From an uncultured Thermoleophilia bacterium (GTDB taxonomy: Bacteria > Actinomycetota > Thermoleophilia > Miltoncostaeales > Miltoncostaeaceae), in assembly GCA_963736635.1 (NCBI GenBank), contig CAVTPK010000011.1, forward strand, positions 1,698,011 through 1,762,010: 64,000 bases of DNA, given 5' to 3'. Position 1 is the stretch's first letter; each line of letters opens with the position of its first letter. Position numbers and translations under genes: made by a program. The notes beneath the pieces are model-generated. The model was not told where the DNA came from, did no database searches, and was given only the letters and a program-made list of their open reading frames with translations. Below, in pieces: positions 57,457-64,000 of this stretch.

Positions 57457-57516
57457 TGATTCATGTGCCGTGGCGGATCCGGCACGCTTTCCCCACATCG
57501 ACCGCGAGGTGCACCG

Positions 57517-58158
57517 ATGAGCGCACTCCGACTCACACTCTCCATGTCCCTCGACGGCTTCGTCGCCGGGCCCGACCAGAGCCTGGACGACCCGCTGGGC
57601 GTGGGCGGCGAGCAGCTGCACCGGTGGGTGTTCCCCCTCGCCGTCTGGCGCGCGCCCCACGGGATGGAGGGCGGCGAGGTGACCGCCAGCACCCCCGTGA
57701 TGGAGCGCCGCCTCGCGGGGGTCGGCGCGACGATCATGGGCCGCAACATGTTCGGCGGCGGCCCGGGGCCGTGGGGCGAGACGCCGTGGAACGGCTGGTG
57801 GGGCGACGACCCGCCCTTCCATCATCCGGTGTTCGTCCTGACCCACCACGCCAGGCCCCCGCTCGCCTGCGAGGGCGGCACCACCTTCACGTTCGTCACC
57901 GAGGGCATCGACGCGGCCCTGGAGCAGGCCCGGGCGGCCGCCGGGGGCGGGGTCGTCTCCCTGGCCGGCGGCGCCGCCACCGGGCGTCAGTACCTCGCCG
58001 CCGACCTGGTGGACGAGATGGAGATCGACCTGGTCCCGGTGTTCCTGGGCGCCGGCGAGCGCCTGCTGGACGGGCTGGGCGCCGGACGGCCCGGGCTGGT
58101 CCACGCCGACACCGTCGCGGCGCCCGGCGTGACCCACCTCCGGTTCACCCGCGGCTGA
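57517..58158 (+). CDS. Dihydrofolate reductase family (RibD C-terminal) protein
   Basis: SMSLDGFVAGP, MGRNMF, WWGDDPPFHHPVFVLTHH, GVTHLRF. Confidence 0.9.
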   Translation: MSALRLTLSMSLDGFVAGPDQSLDDPLGVGGEQLHRWVFPLAVWRAPHGMEGGEVTASTPVMERRLAGVGATIMGRNMFGGGPGPWGETPWNGWWGDDPPFHHPVFVLTHHARPPLACEGGTTFTFVTEGIDAALEQARAAAGGGVVSLAGGAATGRQYLAADLVDEMEIDLVPVFLGAGERLLDGLGAGRPGLVHADTVAAPGVTHLRFTRG

Positions 58159-58189
58159 CGCGGCCGCGCGGGTCGCATAGCCTCACGCG

Positions 58190-58672
58190 GTGATCGCCTA
58201 CGACCCATCCGCGTGGAGCGACCTCTTCGTCGCCGGCGCCGGCGCCGCGGCGGCCCTCGCCGGCCTCCTGTTCGTCGCCGTCTCGATCAACCTGGAGCGC
58301 ATCCTGGCGTACGCGGTGCTTCCCGGCCGCGCGCTCGAGACCGTGATCCTCCTGCTGGGCGTCCTGGTGGTGTCGGTCTTCGGCCTCGCCCCGGGCCAGA
58401 GTCACCGCACCCTGGGGATCGAGGTGCTGGTGGTGGGGGTGGTCGCGACCTGGGCCGTCGCGACGATCGTCATCCGCCACCCGGGAGACCTCGGGCGCCT
58501 TCCCGGGCGGCTGGTGGCGGTCACGCCCGGCTCGGCGCTGTACGTGGTCGGCGGCCTCAGCCTGCTCGCCGAGTCGGGGGGAGGCCTGTACTGGGTCCTC
58601 GCCGCGATCGTGGGCGCCTTCATCGGCGCCGCCGCCAACGCCTGGGTGCTGCTCGTCGAGATCCAGCGGTAG
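58190..58672 (+). CDS. Integral membrane protein
   Basis: AGAAAALAGLLFVAVSIN, NAWVLLVEI. Confidence 0.75.
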   Translation: MIAYDPSAWSDLFVAGAGAAAALAGLLFVAVSINLERILAYAVLPGRALETVILLLGVLVVSVFGLAPGQSHRTLGIEVLVVGVVATWAVATIVIRHPGDLGRLPGRLVAVTPGSALYVVGGLSLLAESGGGLYWVLAAIVGAFIGAAANAWVLLVEIQR

Positions 58673-58716
58673 GCCCTCCGCCCGGGCGCGGTCCGGGACC
58701 GGGCCGGGCGCGTGCT

Positions 58717-59234
58717 CTAGTGGGCCAGCAGGACCTTGAGGCCGACGATCACGAGCCCGAGGACGAGGTTGACTCCGATCACGGCGAGCGTGCCGGCCCG
58801 GCCGAGCCGCTCGAGGGACGCGTAGCGGGCACCCTGGATGCCCAGCGTCGCCACCCCGATCCCCAGCGCGAGCCAGACAGCCGCCTGCTCGCTGAGCAGA
58901 CCGAAGGCCGCCAGCACCAGCATCGCGACGGCGCGGCCGCGGCCGCGGCGATCGACCACTCGCGCCGGGCGACGGCGCCGACCTCGGCCCGGTCGAGCCT
59001 CCTGCCCCGCTCGATGCTCTCCGAGGAGTGGGTAGAGGTGCGCGATCCGAGGACCAGCACGGTCACCGCGACGATGACCGCGAGCCTCCAGGCGATCGTG
59101 TCCTCGCCCTGATAGCCGGCCGCCACGGTGGCCATCACGACGATCGTGCCGTACACCGTTCCGGCGATCGTCTTCTTCGATCCGAAGATGAGGCGCCCGG
59201 CCGGTCCCCGGATCCTCCCCTCCGGGTGCGTCAA
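58717..59234 (-). CDS. Membrane protein (frameshifted)
   Basis: VYGTIVV ... LGLVIVGLKVLLAH across frames. Confidence 0.6.
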
Positions 59235-59430
59235 CGCGGGATCCCGGGATCACGACGTCACCGCTCCCGCGCCCACGTCCACCCTCGCGATCCGGCGTGG
59301 GGGCATCGCCTCTTGTCGGCCGGTATCCCCTGCGACCGCGCAGCGGCACACGCCGGCCGTTCTCGCGGCGTCGCCTGCGCGGCCGGCCGGCATCTGGCAG
59401 GAGCCCGGGGACGGTGTTCGGGGGGTTCGT

Positions 59431-59849
59431 TCAGCCGCGCAGGTCCGCCCGCGCGTCCTTCCAGCCCGCGGTGAGCGCCCACAGCACCGCGACCCCGAGG
59501 CCGATCGCCACCAGGCTCCACAGCGGGTAGGCGGGGAACCATGCGATCTGGACGATCATGTTGACGAGGACCGCCGCCATGGCGAACCAGCGGCCCCAGC
59601 CGCCGCCGGCGAAGAGGGACCCGGCCGAGAGCATCAGGACGACGCCCCAGATGATCAGGGCCCAGCCCCAGGTGTCGAAGCTCGTCGTGACGAGCAGTGA
59701 ACCCTCGCCGCCGGGGATGACGTAGGTCGTCTCTTCAGCAGGGCCGCCAGGCCCTGGATGATGTCGATGGCGCCGACCGTGAACATGACGGCCGCGGCGA
59801 AGAGCACCCAGCCGCTCGCCGCCGACGTCTTGTAGGAATCCGTGGACAT
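59431..59849 (-). CDS. DUF7144-like membrane protein (frameshifted)
   Basis: SGWVLFAA, QGLAAL, WGW, WGRW, PAYPLWS. Confidence 0.7.
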
Positions 59850-60010
59850 CTGATCTCCGTTCTCGCGGGATTTTCCCGGCGAACATACGACCGCGCGACG
59901 ACCGCCCGGAGACCCGTGATCGAAGTTCACTTGGGTGAGCGCGAACGGCGCCGATCAGCTCCTCGGTAACGAGGACGGCCTCGTCCCGCCGGCTCCGCCG
60001 GGGCGACCGC

Positions 60011-60656
60011 TCAGACGGAGAGGCTGACCGGGAAGGTCGCGACCCAGACCACCGCGCCGGTGAAGACCACGATCCCCATCACGAGGAGGGCCAGGCGGAT
60101 GCGGTGCGACGGCAGCTTCGCGCTCATCCCGGCGAAGAAGAGCGTGGCGGCGAAGAGGACGACGCCGAGCACGTAGTTGGTCGCGCGCTGGACGTTGGCG
60201 CGCGCCTTCGCCGACAGGGCGTCGGCGCCGGCCTCGAGCTGCGCGGCCTCGTCGCGCGCGGCGAGCTGGTACTGCGGCATCGCGAACGGGCGTCAGCGGC
60301 GCGTCCGGGTTCTTGAGCGGCCGCGTGGCGATCCAGGCGTCGACCGCCGGGCGCGAACTCGGCGCGGAAGCGTCGCTTGTAGAAGGCGGCGAGATCCGCC
60401 TCGCCGCGCGCGTAGGCGTCGACCCACTGCGGTGAACGTGGCGACGTCGATCTGCGTCTGGGCGTCGGCGAGCGCCGGACGCCCGCGTCGATTCGATGCG
60501 GGCGGCGTTGGCGCGGCTGAAGGCCGTCGCCTGCTCGCCGTTCCAGCGGCTCGCCTGGTAGCCGCTCCAGGCGGTGGCGACCGTCGCGAGGGCGAGCAGG
60601 ACCGTCGCCACGATGTCGATCCAGTCGTCCCGCCACCCGCCCGCCGGCGCGCTCAC
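60011..60656 (-). CDS. Membrane protein, DUF4337-like (frameshifted)
   Basis: ATVATAWSGYQASRW, NYVLGVVLFA..LFFAG. Confidence 0.65.
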
Positions 60657-61481
60657 CGCGGCTGCCCCTGCGCGTCGCAGGGCGGGCGCACCGTCGTCTC
60701 GCCGACGGCCGCGAGCGCCTGGTCGGCCATCCGGAGCGTGCGCTCCATCGCGACGGGCTCCAGCGTCCCGACACCCGACCCGAACGGGCTGTCGAGGAAG
60801 GCCAGCAGAAGCAGCATCACCGTGATCACGGCGGTCGACCGAGCCCATCAGCAGCGCCTGGGTCAGGGCGCGCTCGGCGCTGTCGGCGAAGAACAGCATG
60901 TAGACGAAGATGACCGCCGAGATGAGGAAGAGCGACGATCCACAGCGGAGACGGGATCACGCCCTCGGCGCCGTGGATGCGGTCGCGGCGCGCCTCCTCG
61001 CGGGTGGAGGTCTGGCGAGCCACTCGTCGTAGGCCGACTGCTCGGATGGCGACACGGGCTGCACCCCCTTGAGCGTCTTGAAGAGCGCGACCCCCCACGG
61101 GTTGATCGCGTCGCCCTGGGTGCCGGCCTCCATGCGGTCCCACTCCGGCCCGACGACGCTGCGGGCGTAGCAGAGGAGCTCGCCGGTGAGGTCCGCGGTG
61201 GCCGAGCGGGGAAGGAACTGCGCCGTCTCGACCTGCTGGATGACGGCCAGCGCCTCGGTCTCGGCGCCCGTCCTCGACTGGTCGTAGCTGGTGAACGCGA
61301 GGAAGATGATGAAGCCGAGCAGCACCGAGAAGCCGGTCGCGAGCACGCCGAAGACGCCCGAGGCACGGTCACCGTCCGCGAAGTAGCTGCCCTCGGGTGC
61401 GCGCCGGCGCACGATCAGCATGGCGGCGACGGCGACGCCGACCGCCACCACGACGACGAGGGCGCCGAGGGCCAGGTTCAC
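60653..61481 (-). CDS. DUF4239/bestrophin-like membrane protein (frameshifted)
   Basis: FSVLLGFII, AETEA, YARSVV..EW..M, LDSPF. Confidence 0.65.
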
Positions 61482-61796
61482 CGGCGACCCGGACCCGAGG
61501 ACGATGAGCAGCAGGCGAAGACGGGGTGCACGATATCCCTGTGTTCAGATGGCCGTGGCACCGGGCCCGGTCGAGGGCGACGATCGGGGCCCCTTTCCAC
61601 ACTATGGGATGGACGGCCCCTGGTCGGGACGCGGGGCTGGACGCCGGGCCGTGCGGCTGCAGCCTGAGGCGCCGGTCGAGTCGCCTCTCTTGCGGACTAG
61701 TACGGTCGCATTTCAGGGGATCGACGGACGACCATGCGGCCGCGTGAAAACGACGACTCTCCGCCAACATGGATCCCGCAGCTCGGAGAGGTGCCC

Positions 61797-62705
61797 ATGA
61801 CCAAACCGGTGGTGACGAGAGCGCTAGCGGTGCGCCGATCGCCCGGCGGCCGCGACCCGCCCGGCCTCGACGTCGCGCCCCCGCTCGCGGCGGCGAGGCT
61901 CGCGCCGCCGCGTGTCCCCGCGCCGCCGTCGTCCGGCCGCGGATCCGGGAGGCGCTCGACGCCGGCGCCGACAGCGTGCTGACGCTCGTCGGGGCGCCGG
62001 CCGGATACGGCAAGACGACGGCCGTCCGGACATGGTGCGCGGGGCAGGATGCCAAGCTGGCGTGGGTCACCGTCGGCGCCGACCTCAAGGATGCGAACCG
62101 TTCTGGACGTACGTCGCGACCGCGGTCAACCGGCTTCGCGCCGGTCTCGGCCAGCCGGCGCTGCGTCGCATCCGCGTCGGCGGAGTCCCCATCGAGCAGG
62201 CCGACGACGAGTCGATGAACGCCCTCGCCGGGTACGGTGAGCGGGTGATCCGCGTGCTGGACGAGCTCCAGGAGGTCACCGACCTGGAGTGCCTGGCGTC
62301 GATCGACCACGCGCTGCTGACTGCGCCCGCGAACGTGCGGGTGATCGTCTGACGCGGATCGACTCGGCGCTCGGGGTCGCCCCCTGCGGGCGGCGAAGGA
62401 GCCGCCGACTGCGAGCGAGCGAGTCGCGCACCCCGCGCGAGGCGCACGGCCTGCTCGTCGAGCGCTTCGGCCTCGCGCTGGGCGATGAGCGGATCGACGC
62501 GCTGCTCGAGCGCACGGAGGGTGGCCCGCGGCGCTCGTCCTCGCCGGCCTCTGGCGGCGGACCGCAACGACCGCTCCGCTGCGGTGTCCGCCGTTGGCGG
62601 CGATCCAGTACTGCTTCGGCCGACGGCGCCAGCGGCCGAGGTCCTCGCGGCGCTCGACGACGACCGTCGCGCCCTCCTCGGGGGCGTCGCCGAGCTCGGC
62701 CACGT
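61797..62705 (+). pseudogene. MalT-like (LAL/STAND) LuxR regulator remnant
   Basis: APAGYGKTT Walker A, AWVT..D..RFW.Y, VLDE, LLERTEG; many frame breaks; no C-terminal HTH. Confidence 0.7.
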
Positions 62706-62710
62706 CGCGT

Positions 62711-63621
62711 CAGGGGGCTTCGGTCGAACCGCGGGATGCTCAGCGCCAGCGCCCCGGTGTCGCAGCCCACGCCGTCGAAGACGCCCGTCGCGGTGATGCT
62801 CAGGGCGACCGCCCCGGGGCCGACCACGCCGGAGATGCTGCCGCTCCATCCGCGGGCGAGGTCCGAGGTGGCCTGGGCGATGTCGAACGTGAACGCGTTC
62901 CCCCGGCGGGGCACCAGCACGAGGTCGGCCGAACCGGCGCGGATCGCGCCGTCGGGGCCGCCGCACGTCGCCTGCCACTGCACGCGCCCCGCGACGAAGC
63001 GCGTGCTCGTCACCAGCAGCGCCTCGGTGGAGCTGTCCGGGTCCGGTGAGGAGCCCTGGTAGCGATTCTGCAGACGGTCCAGGCCGGCGGCCGTGGCGCG
63101 CAGCCCGGCCACCGAGACCTTCCTCGGCGTCGCGCTGCCGAGCGAGTGGACCAGCCCGTCCTCCCGCCAGATGAGCGTCCGGTCGGCACCCCGGGTGAGC
63201 AGGAAGCCGGGCTTCCCCGTCTGCGAGCGACCCTGGCGCACCTCGTACCGCTGCGTGGCGGCGAGTCCCGTGCACGTGCCGAAGGCCGCGCTGCCGATCG
63301 GCTGGCAGCGCTGCAGGGCGACGTCCGTCGGTCCCGCCCGCCCACGTGGAGGATCCGCATCGAGTAGACCCTCCCCCGGGCCCAGCCGGGCTCGATGAAG
63401 GCCCGCCCCCGCGCCAGCGCCGCCGGGACGTGGGTCGGGATCAGGGGCGCGGGGGCCACCCGTTCCTCGATCAGCTGCTCCGACACCTCGAGCACGGGCA
63501 GCACCGCTCGCGTGCGCCGGGGCCGCGACCAGGATCGCTCGCGAACGCGTCCCAGGACGTACCGACGCCCCCGACGGGCCCCGCTCGACGGAGGCGTTCG
63601 TGCGCCGGCCGTGACGCGCAT
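62711..63621 (-). CDS. Hypothetical protein, probably exported (frameshifted; ends approximate)
   Basis: Coding-like stretches in ORFs 62276..63805 and 63010..63621, paired cysteines. Confidence 0.4.
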
Positions 63622-63769
63622 CCGGCGGACCCCTTTCCACGTCGGCCGGTGCGGCGATGATCCTCGGCCGCGCGACCGCGGTCAATCCCGCCCCGTGCCC
63701 GGTGCGTCGCTCAGCGGACGCGACGACGGGCGGGTGGCGCGAGCCGGAGGCCCCCGCCGGGGCAAGCAG

Positions 63770-63858
63770 CGGAGGGGGGGGGATTTGAACCCCCGTCGGA
63801 GCCAAAACCCCGAAACGGTTTTCGAGACCGCCGCATTCGACCGCTCTGCCACCCCTCC
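63770..63858 (-). tRNA. tRNA-Ser(CGA)
   Basis: ggaggggtggcagagcgg..gcggt-ctcgaaa-accgt, variable arm, ggttcaaatcc. Confidence 0.93.
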
Positions 63859-63925
63859 GCGGGGCAGGCTAGCAGCGCCGCCGCGGCGGGAGGAACGGCC
63901 GGGCGTGCGGTAGCATCGCCGGCCG

Positions 63926-64000
63926 GGAGAGGTGTCCGAGCGGTCTAAGGAGCGCGACTGGAAATCGCGTAGACGGGGTTCCTCGTCTCGAGGGTTCAAA
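63926..64000 (+). tRNA. tRNA-Ser(GGA), cut by window end
   Basis: ggagaggtgtccgagcgg..cgcga-ctggaaa-tcgcg..ggttcaaa. Confidence 0.9.

Overview
Very GC-rich actinobacterial chromosome segment, most consistent with class Thermoleophilia (inferred from gene content and GC, not searched). It holds five tRNA genes: a divergent Ser(TGA)/Ser(GCT) pair and Arg(ACG) at 11.7-12.9 kb, and a divergent Ser(CGA)/Ser(GGA) pair at the right edge. Core-like genes include glnA, sthA, tadA, NlpC/P60, an M28 peptidase and two MMPL transporters. Two accessory tracts of small regulator/detox/membrane genes (about 1-11.7 kb and 57.4-63.7 kb) each lie downstream of a minus-strand tRNA-Ser 3' end. Many genes, including tadA, carry 1-nt frameshifts that look like uncorrected long-read errors. 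Best leads: (1) co-oriented repeats in the left tract that look like a tRNA 3' end plus terminator, do not match the adjacent tRNA, and separate small gene modules with no integrase in the window; (2) a CarH/LitR B12 photoreceptor with two three-repeat operators facing a non-carotenoid operon led by an unknown Cys3His protein; (3) a PAP2-GDPD-PHP/GT4-GT4-deacetylase-flippase lipid-remodelling cluster; (4) a GAF kinase with a Cys/His insert facing a Zn alcohol dehydrogenase. No CRISPR array, rRNA, integrase or transposase was recognised.
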